A stretch of 64,000 bases of DNA from Balanoglossus misakiensis (GCA_040954595.2 CM082595.2:2296635-2360634); one strand, 5' to 3'. Shown: positions 1 through 14,900, counted from the stretch's first letter. Numbers and translations: made by a program. Notes: generated from the sequence alone by a model not told the origin.

Positions 1-3000
1 CACATCATAATACCGACGTAATTTTGTTCTCCATCCTTGCCCTACGCACATATATCCTCTAGCTCAGTATCTGTCTTCAATTTTCATGTATCACTCAGTA
101 ATACTCTGCAGTACCATAGGACCAGCAGTTGTAAGCTTTGGAGTTGATATTCAATATGTTATGTGGACCAAATACAGTAGTTTATATGGGTCCACACAGG
201 AAAAAGATAGTCATAGTATTTTTAAAAGAAAATTACAGGTTGAGTTAGTTGTAGAGCCGATTGTACTTGCGTGTGAATAACATGTAACCGAGATTGTCTG
301 AGTCTCCCCAGGGCCTTACATCTGTCACCGTTTGACACTCGCTAGTCATTTAGATTACAGACAAATCATACCTGGAAGTGAAACATGTACAATCAAGGTT
401 GTCGGTTATCCGCTAGCCATACATCTGCCACTGTTTAATTCTCACCAATGGTCTAAATTAGAGCCAATACATTATACCTGCAAGATGTACTTTATAATAT
501 CATACAGCTAGGATCTTCACTGCTGTGTATAGCTTAAAGCTGATCTTAGTTGTTCGAGAGAGTATGTTACTATTGCAGGACAGCTTAAGTGTTTGTCGTG
601 TGCACACATCTCTCGGACAAGCGAGGACAACAACACACGTAATATATCGCCCACTAGAAGTACAGTTCACGAGAAGGTGACTGAAGTCAGCGCAAAGAAT
701 TTAAACAATTCAAAAGCATCGGCAAATATTGATCTTCATTGGACCTTTGGTGTATAATTGTCAGCCGACTTTACATTGTAGCTACTCCTCGTAATCGTTA
801 ACAAACAATCCCGCTTCCAATTATGGTTTGATAACAGGTCATATCAATGTACAGAATGTATTGATGTGGTTGGAGATGTCCTTAAATGTACATATATTTG
901 AAGGAAGCTTCTGGCAATGCTTGGACGTGTCCCCCTGCTCTGCTATCCATGTTTTTCACAAAGTGGGTGATTCAGTGTTCCAGTTGTAGAAAGGGTTCTA
1001 GGATGGTCACCCCCTGTACGTATCGATCTGACTAACCCTGTAGTCCTAATGTGGGTGGGAAATGTCCAGGCGATAATATCCAGGGGTAACCCATCTTGAT
1101 ACTGTAAGAACTTTTGAATTATCATTTGTTGTCTGCTAAACTGATAACTTAATTGTTGTGTGAGGGATCAGAGTTTGATATAATCCGACTTCTTTACGTA
1201 TCATGACCTGATGATTGATAAAGTTCACCTGAATGGCCAGACGAGTTGATGACTCTCAAACCTCGACAAATAAACCAACCACTCCCATTAATACCTGTGT
1301 GACTCATTGGATGCAGTGATTTGTACCAGACTTCTTAATGACCGAGAGCCGTACTGATTTGCATGGGTCGTCCTCTGTCCTCTCAAAATCAGAGGAATGA
1401 TTCTTTGTTCTCAGTGCCGTCACAACGCTGACCCCAGTCAGCCCTACCCCCACCCACCTGCAGTGACCCCCCCACTCCCCGCAGTGGTCAGTTAGGTGTG
1501 ATGGAATATACCAGATGATCATGCCAGTTTAAATTGAGTTCCAGGTAGGAATGTTCTATTTTAAACACATACATGTTCATATACCTGTACACACAGTGCT
1601 GTCATATATTTTCAATTTTGAAGTTGACAAAGTACAACATGTACTCAGGGGAGACTGTAGTTGAGCTAGACAACCCGTGTGACGACAGTGAAATACAAGT
1701 ACTTCTACAGTTTGTACTAATACACCCGTCATCTGTTGCAATGAGAGAAAAATAACTGACAAATGCAGTATAGACTCGGTATAGTTGTCACAGAAACGTT
1801 CGGTCGACTCTGAGAGCGTGCCCTGCATTGACGCCGAATTACCGCAAGAATAAAAGCCAGCAGTGGATTTAGCGTGAAAGGACTAGATGACATGCTCCAG
1901 TAAGTCTTGAAGAAGGCGAGGGGCCCTCCCCCCTCCGCTGGTCAATACATGCGTGCTGCATTGGAACTGACAACCCACTCCATGCTGACAACAGCAGGCC
2001 ACGACACCCATTCAGAACTACCCCCATTGATCAGCATTACGACCACGTGCTGACGAAAACTGAAGACAAAAGGCATCTACGTGCACAGACAATGTAGTGC
2101 AGGCCTGTTTCTCATCAAATTCGGGTTCTATAATTATAAACTTTTCAGAGACAGATCTGCACGGTTGCTGCAAATTGCAGTAGATGTACGTTGTCAAAAC
2201 ATGATGACTCTTTCAGAGACAAACTATGCACCAAGGAATTCCCTGTCATCTGCATGCCCCGTAATTTTTCAATTCCTCGATCTATAATCATATCTTTACT
2301 CATTTTTGTGATATTTTAGTTTGAATTGAGAGAGACTTGAAGTTTTAATACTAAACTGACTATTACCCCTACTGCGATATGGTCTGTAAACACTGAAATT
2401 TATGGCATGCAATGTAAGTTTTGTATATATAAGTTCAGGTCATGATAAAAGTATTATTTTGGAGCATACTAATGGATATTTCAATGTTTATACCAGTCAT
2501 ATATTTTCATTGGTCGTTAAATCTATGCTGAGGAATAATTTTAGCTTAAAACACAAACGGTGAACGTAAATCTAAACTACATGCCCTTCCTAAAAACATG
2601 TCTCGCAAAAACTCTGTTTGAAAATTGCATGACACAAAAAGGTTGGAGGATGTAAATTGTGTAACAAACGACGAAATCTCTTCTGTGTTTCGACCTTTGT
2701 GTGTATACTATTAACCGTAATGAGGTATATGCTTGGCAAGGCCAAGTGGTTAGTTTGTATGTAAATTGTATCGTATTAGCGGCCCCTTTTTTCTATCATT
2801 TAATCTTTGGAACCACTTCACATCAAAAGCAACTGACCTCACTGGCCCAGTGCATTGTGGGATAGCAAACCCCGTGTGAAAGAAACAAGTTGGTTGAATG
2901 CATTCTTGAGATAAATTCATTAGTTTCGCTTTAATCCGGTCTTTCCTGCTTCCACTGCGTAATCTGACTGTTTTTCTGTGCTCCATTTTCTGTCGGAGTC

Positions 3001-3644
3001 TCTAGAGAGACCAGCTTTTAGCAGATACACAGAACGAGTTCATCCCATGTGAGCATACGGAAAGCATTTTGTTTCACCAGCAGAAATCGATGCACACAGT
3101 AAACACGCACACCTATATCAGCGTTTCCGTTTACCCAGAGGAACACGGTCCAGAAGGTGCAAAATATCAAAGCTCAGCATTCTTCAGAAGGATGAAGTGA
3201 AGGTTCTCTCATGTGGACGTAATTCACTTTTATCTGCTCGATTGTGAAAGGGAGGCTGTTCAGTATATCGGCTGCCGGACTGAGTGTTCTGTTGTGGTGT
3301 TTGCCGTCTTAAACTTCATTGTTCGTGCATTACTCAAATCCTGATTGGAGAATAGTGAACTGTGGGATTTCTGAATGAGAATCAAAGCTTACTCTCAGAA
3401 AAATAATTGAATTTTGTAACTCCCATCCAGACCCACTGTCATTCAAACTATTCACAGTGGCTGTTGCAAAAGATAGTATTAAAGTGCCATGATGCTGGCG
3501 AGAATTTAGAAAACGTCTCTGTTCCGGTTGGCTTGTATTATGTCCTTCTTTAACCCCTTGCTGTACAAATGTCTACCAAATGTCTTCATCTAACCACTGT
3601 TGCAGTACCTATCTCCACTTTCAGAGAAGAGGGCAAGTGAGTGA

Positions 3645-3747
3645 GAAAGACTAGAGACAGACACACTGACAGACGGACACTGGCAAACAGACACTGGTAG
3701 ACAGGCAGAGAGAGAGAGAGAGAGAGAGGGAGGGAGGGAGAGAGAGA

Positions 3748-3783
<36 letters not shown>

Positions 3784-3900
3784 CAGAGAGAGAGAGACGG
3801 AGAGAGAGAGAAGAAGAGGAGAGAGAGAGAGAGAGAAAGTGAGAGCTGAAGAGAACAAGAGTGAGTCAGAAAGACTCAAAGAGAGCGAGAGAGTGAGATT
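3645..3900. repeat. Compound (GA)n/(GACA)n microsatellite
   Basis: Long interrupted AG dinucleotide tract, preceded by GACA-like units. Confidence 0.95.
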
Positions 3901-4279
3901 GACTCTGTTATTTTGTTCATGCAGCTGGCACATGTTAGTTTGACTCTTTGCCCTTGTATAAATCAGCCTTAATCAGAGTGAGTTTAAGCTTCCCCAGTTT
4001 ACAGAGTTACACTTCCCAACAGAGAAGTTGTAAATTAATAGCTTCTCAGTCGAAAAGCTTCCTGCGTTTAAAAAAGACTTCTGTCAGTGACCAGCATGTC
4101 GTCTGCCATGATACTGCGATTGTGATTTCGTCCATGCTGTTCGGGTCACAGGGTCACCTTATGATAGGCCATGCCGCCGCTTCTGTACTTCACTGGTGTT
4201 CCTCCGACAATCTTTTGACTTTGATTGAAGTTGATAAGGGAAGCCATCACTGCTTAAAAATAAGCCGCATGGCTTCTCA

Positions 4280-4410
4280 TTAAGATGGTATGCGCCCCGA
4301 AAATCAAAGTCTTGAACTTGTTCTCATATTTTGCTCAAGGCAATTTTAGATTGTTTATGTCTCTGTAAATTTAGATTAAAAATTCGGGGTCACCGTGCAA
4401 AATTTCGGTA
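4280..4410 (+). repeat. Dispersed repeat fragment (copy 1)
   Basis: TTAAGATGGTATGCGCCCCGAAAATCAAAGTCTT…TTCTCATATTTTGCTCAAGGCA…GTCACCGTGCAAAATTT aligns by eye with 51884-52010. Confidence 0.7.
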
Positions 4411-7400
4411 TACCTAATATGACATTATTTATTTATTTTGTATGATACGAAGACTATGAGTAGAATTCTAATATCTGATAGCCCACTGAGTCGGAAGAAG
4501 CAAAGCACAAATTCTGCCTGAACGTTTCCCTAATTTAAAAACTTTAAAAAAAATTTCCGTGCTCTAACTACAGATGGATCTCTTACAGAAACACTTGAAA
4601 GGTGTGGTACTGGTAAACGTTTATACTGGAAAAAAATTAGAATGTTTATTGAATGTTGTCTGGTGTGATGGTTATCTTGGAAATTGAAAATACAAACCTT
4701 GTTGAATATAAATGATTTTCGGTCTGAACACAATCAGATAATGTGATATTACTCGTTTTTTGACACATTTATCTGTGTTGTGCGTAATTTAATTGAGAAT
4801 GTGATTTGATTTGTCTATTTTATCGAGAATTGAATATCAGTCAGATGCAGTTGCTGTACATAACACCTGCTCTATGTGAACAAGTTTTTTCTTTGGTAGA
4901 TTTTGATAACTTGTGTAGTTCCATATCAAAACCGAATGCAAGCTCATCTCTATACAAAAAATTGCCAAATCACGGACTACATGTATATGTTGTTAATCGT
5001 GTTATGTAACTGCATAGTATTACTCAACAACATGCAATTTCTAGGATAAGTTAGTCCATCTTATCGAGAATCTTATCTGTCAGTGAATGACCATTATACC
5101 AAGGAATCAAAATTAGAATTTGGTATAATTGAGGTCTTAAGGCTTAATCGAAGTCGGCTATCAGGCTGATAAAGATAGGTAATATACACAGATGCTTTGT
5201 GTGTAGTAAGCATGTATGAAAGAAGATGTTTTGATAATGCAGAAAATATCAGTGCATTGAACTTTGTAGGCCAATGTGGTATTAGAACTAATTTGAGCGT
5301 TCATGTGGGCGGAATATGACACTTTACAAGCTAATCTCACAGACCGTGATAGTTCTTTAAGTGGTGTCTCTCATTGACAACATGACACCTTAACTTAACT
5401 TTCACAAAGCAAATAGATCCATCAAGATAGATCCTCACTTTGTCATATAAGATGAAGAACGAAAAGTAACCTCCATCAGTATAAGTCTCCCACAATGCAT
5501 TTGGTTAACGTAAATCAAAGAATACAGGCTTATTTGCAAATCTTGATTACACTGAAGGAGATTCACCATTCTTGACTTTCCACGGTGATAACAAAACAAC
5601 AAAGGGAAGTGTCACCCCCTTGCAACAAAGGTGTGTCTCACCCCCTGGCTCGGCCACCCTGCCTGACTTGCCGAGATCGCATGCTTAAGCCACGCAGTGT
5701 GTTTTCTCAGGAATAACTCAAGCGTTTAAATTATTCACCGTTGCACAGACTAGTGGGTACATGGGAACAGTTTCTCATTTTAATGGCACTCCTTAAGGAG
5801 GATCATCCCACATTGCGTCATGACAACCGATTTATGTAACTAATCAACGTCCGCAACTCTTGATGACTGTGTAGTTTTATCGGTTTTTGAAAAACACATA
5901 AACTGTGTACTGAAATACTCAGGCAGGATTATCATGTCAAGAATGGTACTAAATCACAGAACAGTTTATAAGAAATAAAAATCACTGTGATAGGTTTTGA
6001 TTGAACTGAACAATTTGGCATCCGTGGGTAGATACCGGTGTATGTCAGTATTGATTGCTTAGCAACCGATATGAGGTGTAGATTTCTGATTAGTTATCTA
6101 TTGAGTCGCCACTGTCAGAGACAAGCAGGTAGATTACATTATGTAAAAGGAGCAACAGATGGCAGTTGAGTCGCTATACACGTACAGGTCAGCGTTGGTA
6201 TGTACCGAGGATTTTTATCCACTTATGCCAATTTTTCAGGTAATTGTTTATATGTGTGTGCGATGACATATATCGCTGTGTCATTTTACCACTTTATAGT
6301 GGAAACTAGCCACGCTTGATGCTACCACAAGCAATATTAATGTTTCATGTACATGCTGGTATTTCATAATACATTACCCACTAAATCGGTCAATTAAACA
6401 ATTATCCAGTGACTTCCACAAATTTGCAGTGATGCAATATATCACATTCCCATCCCCAACCCAATTTACAGTGATATCGTTCAGATTCAATAGTGTCTCC
6501 ACAGGTAAATCATTGCCCTTCAATTCAAGAAAAGAATGTTCAGCATTGTATCGTCCGGGACAAATGGTAATGATAATTGAAATTGTCATATCCATGTTAG
6601 TCAGTTCCCTAGCAAGTCACAGAGAGTGTCAGGGTTTGTCCAATATTCTTTGTATTGCCTACGAGCTCAACAACAGCGTGTCTGTACAGCCCACATAACA
6701 CATTACTTCTAACCGGTTGGGTACAGTTACAACTGACTAATTATCTCTCCAATACAAGAAGCTCATTTCTGATGTAAATGAGGCAACTTCAGATAATTGC
6801 GACCCCCCTCCAATCACTATTTCCCCCTTTGTGTCATTGTGATGGTTTCCTTTGCGCTTTTGTTTCACGGGTCTTGTTCTTTTTCACAAGCCCCATGTCA
6901 TTTCATTACCCTATAGTCCAATTGTATTCCCCGCTGCCCATTGACAGACTAGATAAACATGGCACCAGGTAAAACTAACAACAGTTAGGCGTCTGAAGGC
7001 TTACATGTGTTGTACATAGCAGGGCAGTTCTCCGGTGGTCATCGCGAGCGAGCGGACTAAGTGTGTTCGCAGTCGTTATTTGCGAAGGATAAGTACATAT
7101 GCCACCTTTGTCCATCAAAATCAACAGTTTGTGTTGTACAACAAACATGGGAAGTTAAAGTACTTGCTTTTGAGCTTACAGTGTCTTCTGTTAGATGCCT
7201 CGGACACTGTTCATTTCGAAGTCAGTGATGTTTAGGTAAGTTTGCTTGTCAACGCTGTTTTTCAACAGCGAAAAATGCACATGGTCAATAAGGAAGAGGT
7301 GGTCAGTCTGGTCTTAATGTGATCATATCCGGAAGATTTCATGGAAACACGGTTTAGGAGAGAACTTGTCATTCTTTGGATGATGAATTTCACCCTCTGA

Positions 7401-9192
7401 GTTTGATACAAAAAATATCGACTCGTTCGTTGCTCGTGTGATTTCTCCTGTTACATGGTTGGCAGACTTCAAGTGAAGTTATGCATAGGTGATACCGGGC
7501 ATTGTTTATGTGCAAAATAGATTACTAACACATGACTTGACGGTACTGCTGTGTGACAGTATCGCGTTGGCTGGGAGATTTATGTATGACCGTCAACGTC
7601 AACCGGCCCCTTCCCCTTGTGCACTGTTCACCAGTGTCTCAGCTGGAGAATTGGGATTTTTAGGTCAGTGTTGAAGCGAACACGTACAGCACACTATCAG
7701 TCTACGCCAGGAGGCACGGCTAGCCTAGGCTTCCACAGATGATCACATTTGCCCCCAATTTGCGACCAGAGTGACGCTTCATCAAGATTCCAAGTCACCA
7801 AAAGCCACAGGCACCTTGACAAAGTAGTTGCGCTGCTCGTAAACTGCTCATCAGAACGGAATATGTGCTGCCATCGCAGGATCGATATTGCCCGTTAATG
7901 GTCTCCCGATATTCGTTATTTTAAAACAAATTCAATTCGTTAGATCATCGCCCGACCGATCAGAACAAAAAAGTTCGTCAAATATCCATGGCAACCATTC
8001 GAAAAAGTCTGCTGATTGAAGCTGGAAGGCGTCTTTGCCCCGAGGTGTACATTTTTGTACAGTGATGCCATCTTGTACTGGGCGGGTGGGTATAGTTCGT
8101 GTTTATTTTAGAAGCCTGTATGTTACAGAAAGGGACCAGTTTTGTTCTGCCTGTCTGTCAATGGGTCACTTTCACAGTAGGTAATTGTAGGCATTCACAC
8201 TTTGTGATACCCACTGACACAAAATAAACAATCAAAAAAATAATTGGTTGTTTTTTGACAAAGTGAGGTGTCCCTATCATGTCTGGACTTGTAGGCAATT
8301 TATTTTAGTATACAGTCATTGGAAATGTTTAAGTGTCTCTAAATGATGTCAGAATGTTTCATTTGGGTGATCAACCTTTAGTACAAACCTCGGTGACAGA
8401 TTTTCAGAAAAATGATAGTTCTTCAAGCCTTCAAGTTCTTTGCGATATTTGTGAGGAATATTTTGGAAATAAAGAAGGAAACTGGGTGTTCACCATCTTG
8501 TTTTTATATTTAAATGTTTTTCATGGTGCAGAGAAAGGTGTCGTCTAACTCTACATCCGATTTTAGTCACATTGGCACCACATGGTATACTGTAAAAGCA
8601 TTTGTGGTCTTGATAACTTTCATATCCATACACTTTGATTTAAGCCCTTTTGTTCCAATGATGATAGATGCCCCAATGCCCATCAATAATTGGGAAGTAA
8701 TGAGGGAACGATGACAGAAAAATGACATGTAAAAATTGGATCCATTACGGCCAATTATCCAGGCAGGCGTTTTAGTCATTTTCTCTTTATGTGTTATATA
8801 GTATACATCATGCTTAACAACCAATTTTACTTTTAAGTAATGGTTTCAAAATAATGACATTTTGATCATGGATATTTTCGAGAATTTCCTGGAGTGCTTC
8901 CTGGAAACTCCAATCATGATTATTATACTTTTCCGTCAAGCTGTGACAAAGAGGGGTCGTCCAGAAATAGAAGTAATCGGTGGCCTATCTCGTACAATCA
9001 GCATTTATACATTCAGATTTTGCAGGTAGGATGGCGCAGTGACTCTATCATCACCCTCAAGGGATGTAGTTGATGTCACTTCTTTGCTGTCTTTTCTTTT
9101 AAATTTTAAACTTGATTGCTGAGCTCAGGGCTTTCAAGGAATTTCTACGAATCGCAACGAAAGATCCTAGACTATGCTGATTACTAAAACCT

Positions 9193-9265
9193 GCTGATTT
9201 ATAGTCTGGCTGTCTGATTTATTGTACAGCTGTACAATTTATAGTCCAGGTGCCTGATTTACTGT
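9193..9265. repeat. Tandem repeat of about 21-22 bp, 4 diverged units
   Basis: CTGATTTATAGTCTGGCTGT / CTGATTTATTGTACAGCTGT / CAATTTATAGTCCAGGTGC / CTGATTTACTGTG. Confidence 0.6.
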
Positions 9266-9908
9266 GTCCTTCCCTGTTCCCCCGTTGATTCATTGTAAAG
9301 ACTGCGACAGACAAAACTGTGATGTGTGGTTGAATAGTGTTGATAGCATCCATGGGATACAGTAGACTTTCTCAGTCCATCAAAACACAATCAGCTACTT
9401 CATTTAAATTGAATTACTCGAAAGAAGCACTGCCCGTGACCCCATGGCCATGTATTGTAGGTTTATATGAGTTTTTTTCAAAGGGTTAAGTCTTGCATTG
9501 ATAATTCAAGAGGTGTTCATTGTCAACGGCTATGTTGAGAGGTACAACTACCTCATTAAGGGAGTCGGATGCGAATCGTCGTGGAGTCCTTCTTCACAGC
9601 AGGTCAAATTTTTTCGATTTTTTTCACTTCGAGGGGATTGGAAACCTAAAGTATGAATGTGGGCCATAATCATTGCTATTACGAAAGTCCCCGGTGTCAT
9701 GGTTGGGGAGAATGAAACCCAATATCTGCCGGGATTATTCAATTACAGTTTGTCTACATCAAAGTATGCATAAATCAGTCAGTACTGGATAATTCGGTCA
9801 TTTGCAGTGTGTATTTGTCTTCAAAGGATTTAGATTCATCGTAGCTTCTTGTTTCCAAATGGCTGTTTGCTGTAGTACATAGGTATGTATGTTTCCTTCT
9901 GTTGAGAT

Positions 9909-9960
9909 CCAGAAAACAATGTATTTGGACCAAAACATGGTCACGTGGTGAAAGGGTTAA
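9909..9960 (-). mobile_element. Truncated reverse-orientation copy of the 85-bp MITE
   Basis: AGAAAACAATGTATTTGGACCAAAACATGG…GTGGTGAAAGGGTTAA is the reverse complement of the MITE 5' half. Confidence 0.6.
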
Positions 9961-11918
9961 TGTACTCTTGCGTAAAGTCCACACAGGGTACACACAAATC
10001 GGTGCAGCAGTGTTTTATCTCAGATATTAAGTAACGATTTTGTTCTGAGACGCTGACTTCATAGATGTTTAGATTTGAGGTCCCTTCGAAATTTATGAGA
10101 TCATTGTTTTGTAGTATTTGATGAATTATGGAAGTTGGAATGTTTACAAGGAGAAGCAGCAAATCTCCAAAGGACATTACAAGGAACAAATGTCAGATTT
10201 ACTTCATAAAGACTGTAGTATTTGCAAAATTACCTTCGGTATAACAGCGATAAATCGTCATTGTCATGTAACCAAGAATAGCGCAGACATAATTTATCCA
10301 AAAGTGCATACGAACTCTAGTCATTGAACATTCTCTCTGCTAGTAAAGTGGACGTTCACAAAATGGAAAAAAACAGTTGGATACCGGCCAAAATGTAACA
10401 GCTAAGGAAAGGTTAAAACATCACATCTGCGGTTCCCTAACACTTTGACCCCTATCACTGTGCGTTCTCTCCCGCCTGGCGCCCGGCTTGAACCAAAAAT
10501 AAAAACGCTGAAACTAGGATATGTGCCATTGAGGCGAGTAATAACCTTCTTCATATCAAACATCGTCATCATCTGTGTAAGTGTTTCCCCACCCTCTGGA
10601 AATTGATGAGTTACGTGCGTGCACGTGAAAGTCATAAAAGACGGGAATTGGTCTGAATTATACATGAAACACTCAATTGTTTGGCGATCACTTGCACTTT
10701 ATGACTACACAGACATCTCTTGAACCTGACAAGTGAATCCCTTGTTCGGAAAATATTAATATTCATGGATTATTTGGTAATACGCTGTATGAACCCTGGG
10801 ACCATAAATTCGTCATTTGCCGGTGATAAAAGAACTGTGAATTCAGGGTCTGCGTTTAATGACAGTATTATGCTTTTGGAGGTGATGGTTCACATGTTAC
10901 GGCTGTATATTAAAAGTAAGATTTGAGTTGTGACATCTATATAAACGACAAATGAACCCTAGTTACTGAACATATGTGACACTGGGGATAGCGATACCGT
11001 GTGTTTACATTTTAAAAATAAAATGTGATGCATGTAAAGTCTTTGTACAGACACTTTACTTTCACAGTCAAGTGTTCTTGTCAATATTTCAATGTCATAA
11101 ACAAGGTTTTTATTCACTCAATGTACATTTGTTGAAATCTCTTGAAGACTCGTTGAAATAACGGTGATTAAATCTTGACAAGACGGCTAAATGCAAATTT
11201 ATGGTAATTTATTCATAACGTTTGTCAGCCAGATTATTACCCATGGATTAATGCACAGAATGTGGAGGTCAGACCTATTAACCCTAGCATTGTTCATATG
11301 CCTTTGTTCAAATAGATGGTAAAATGTAATATGGATATTGGCTGTGTAGGGATTCCTGGGTTGCTATGGTTACAGTATGATTATCATATCCGATAAGATT
11401 GGTATGATGGTTGGGTTACATGTAGGATGGTAACAATGGTTTTGTGGTGTATTATCTTGCCTGAATGACAAATGGCTTTGTCTTTCGGAAGAGAGCGTTT
11501 TTATCTTCATACAACATGTAGTTTCTTTCCCTCTGTGTATTTCCCTCTTTCCCTCATATTCTTGTACAGATTCACGTATACTTCCGCAGTGTGATCTGAA
11601 ACAGTCTGAACCCAGTGCTAGCATTCAGTCGCTCGTCCGAGTCTGAGTTCATCGCGGTTGCACATCAATCTTCTGTCCCTAGGTAGACTGGATGTGTCCA
11701 TCTGAATGACTGATAGTGATGTTCACACGCTTCAAACAGTGTGGTTTACTGAGAAGCAGACTGCTGTAGTTCGTTCTAATGAAAACAAATGATAGCACAC
11801 TACAGCCATTATTCTTGGTTCATCTAAAATACCGATTGGAGGATTTTTCGTAACTGAAAGAGGTTCTCTTTCTTTCTGTTTTGATTTCAGAACTTCCCAG
11901 ATGTGAAGAGAAAGTGAA

Positions 11919-14900
11919 ATGCGGATTTTCAGCTCCAGAGCTAACTTCAAACTACTGGCCATCATCAGCGTCTCATTTGCATTTTTCACGCTCGCCCTGT
12001 GGTCAAGATGCGACAACTCTCTCGATTCGCGAGATAGTGTCCAGCTCATCAGCCACGACCACGACCCCGGAGGTCGTCGGCTTGAAGACAGCGGCAACGA
12101 TGTCTCGCTGATGAACCAGAACTTCCCGAACGCCGGGAGCAGTCAACGGTACCAGCCGATTGACTGCATTATCAACAATGAGTACACGATAGAAGGTCGG
12201 CGCGAAGGCGGGGAGGTCTTTCTACCGTTCAGTTTCCTTGAGAAATACTTTGAAGTGTATGGGAAGGTTGCTGAGTACGATGGCTATGAACGCTTCGAGT
12301 GGCAGCATAGCTACTCCAAAGTGTATTATCCAAAGGAAGTCTACAACCCAGAGGGTGTCTTTATGTCTTTTGATCACTACAATGTGGAGTTGAGAGATAG
12401 AGTCAAGTGCATCAGTGGCATTGAAGGTAAGTCTTTTTATTACCTCTTCACCAGCACATCTTGGTTTGGTCCTATTGTTCTCTATGGGCATGGGTGGACC
12501 CATATGCAGGGAAAGAGGGGTGAAAGGGGTAATTACCCCTCTCCAACCAAACTTTGGTGTACCCCATCATCTCCAATGGCATATGGGTCGATCCATGTAC
12601 TCAGAAATGGGTGTGAATGGGTTAAAAACTTATATGAGGAAATTTCAACTCTTCTGTACATTTAACAAAAATCAGTAAGCGTCTTATCATTTTGGATGTT
12701 GGTAGCAAAAGTAATATTGGATACAAGTAACAAAGTGCAGTGTGTCCACAAAAGAAAACTCACAGTGAGGCTGAGAGGAGGAGGGAAAAAAATTGGACAA
12801 AAGTCGTATCTAATGGGGTGTTCTGAAGTGTAATCTTTGAAGCACATCCTCATCATGAAATCAATCTCTCTGTAGTATTCAGTCACACTTCTTCAGTGAT
12901 GTGAAGCCAATGGCATTACAATCAGTCCGAATGCGCCTGGTGCAGATTTACCAGGAGACATCAAACTCCGATATTTCACACCTCTTGGGAATTGTCCTCA
13001 TCAAATTCTGCAGATCATTGATCGCAATCCGAAAGTACTCGGGATTTGATCATTCTGGTGTTATCTCAATTTTCCTATTGATGTGAAAGTATGGTATGCA
13101 TCGGTGTGATAATCGAGATGCTTCTATTGAAGTTGTCAGAATGTATGATGATGTGCGCCCAAATATATCTATCATCTGATCTCGTGTGACTCCACCATCA
13201 ACACTGTATAATTCATCATATCAACGACAATGCACCAACTCCACATTATAAAACTTCAATAACTTACAGGACGACCTCAGGCATATGTTCAGAAATCTTT
13301 CTCTGGAGATTTATATTGCGAATTTATGAGAACCCTTTTGGAATTATTTATTCTTGTATAATAGAAGTGAAATTTTGTGGTGCTGAGGGGTCCCAATCCA
13401 TTCTGGTTTTGTCGTAAGAATCATAGACGGTGGAGTCTGTGTTGAAGTGTGAAGCCATCAGGGGAAAAAATCAAGGAATAGAACCCAGACAGATGGCGAT
13501 GATTGGAGTTTGACAAGTCTGGAGTTTTTGCAACCAGGATGTAGTCAATCAAGAGATCTTTTTTTCCCCTCTGTCTGCCAGTTGGGTTCAAAATGTGATA
13601 TGTTTGTAACTGAAGACTTCATGGCCTCCTCCCTAGCGAAGTATTTATTTATTTGATTAGGGAATTCCCTCCCACAAACACTGTCCAGTGGGCCGACCTT
13701 TAGCCCTTTCCCCACTGTGGTTTGGTCTAAATCCATTGTTTTCTACGGTAAAGTTGGACCTCTTAAGATGGAAACAGGGTTGAAAGGGTTGAAGGAACAG
13801 TAGCTGTAACTTTAATGGTTACACAAATTTAAAATACTGAAAGAAGTTTCAATATCAAAAGTTACATGTACTGTCCCTTTAAAAGTCAAACAAATATTAC
13901 GTCAAAAGATGGTGACTTTCCCCTATTATCCTTGCATTTCTGATAACAAGTGACCAAATACAGCCGTCTGTATACCGGTTTAGGCCTGAGGGTTGTAAAC
14001 TTGCTGTGCTGAAATACGTCCTTGAGTCCTCTCTTTCCCGTCTTAGCCATGGTCATCGATCTGTCAACACAGTTTAAGCACTCATTAAACTTGAAGTAGG
14101 GAGATGAGCTTGTAAAATTTGTCTCAGTAAATCAGCTGAAGTGAAAACCAGCTCATCAGTGTCACCGTTTGCGGGTAAATATTTTCACAATGGAAGATGA
14201 GATTTGGAGTCCCATGTCACAGTTTTTAGTGCCAACAGCTGAGAATTTGTAAACTTGATTCCTCAAGAATAACAGATCAGTTTCTTGGGTGACCGTGAAG
14301 GAGCACTAACCCCAGGGCAGGGATGATAGTTCTGCAAGGATCACATGGCGTTTAATCAACAAGTCTAATAGTTGTGGCGAGTTTTTACTAGTCATCTCAA
14401 TGTTGAATTTGTTGGTACGTGTAGTTTGATTGCGTGCTAGCTTGTTTGATCAACTGCTGATTGGTTGAGCTACAGTGCATACACCATCTGCTAAAACTCT
14501 GCTTCGATTGGACGAAAACTGATCTGGAGATTGTGAACTCTTGTGCCATGGTGGTAGGGGGCGATTAGTCTAGTGGCAAAGCGGACAAAATACGGCTAGA
14601 TACTAGACTAGGGGCGACGAATGCTGAATGTGGTGTGATGTGATACTAATATGAGGGAGATAACAGCATCTTTGGTTTGCACATTTCACAGATCGTTGGG
14701 TATACCTGTCTCCTTCATTCATTTATCAAACTCTTATCGAGACACAAGTGGGCTGGCTGCAATCACGTGCGGAGACCTTTAGTCCTCGATGAGTTTGAAC
14801 TTTCAACAGGAGAGGAAACCGATGAAAAAGAAATTACAGAGAATAAATACATGCAATGATTGATATTGACATACATCTGGATTACATCAGAGGATGTCAA

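Noticed and set aside
3586-3933. 115-aa Ser/Leu-rich ORF
   Set aside because: It is the translation of the (GA)n microsatellite.
12427-12665. C-terminal part of the 248-aa ORF
   Set aside because: Read-through into the GLCE intron across MITE sequence; homology stops at the GTAAGT donor.
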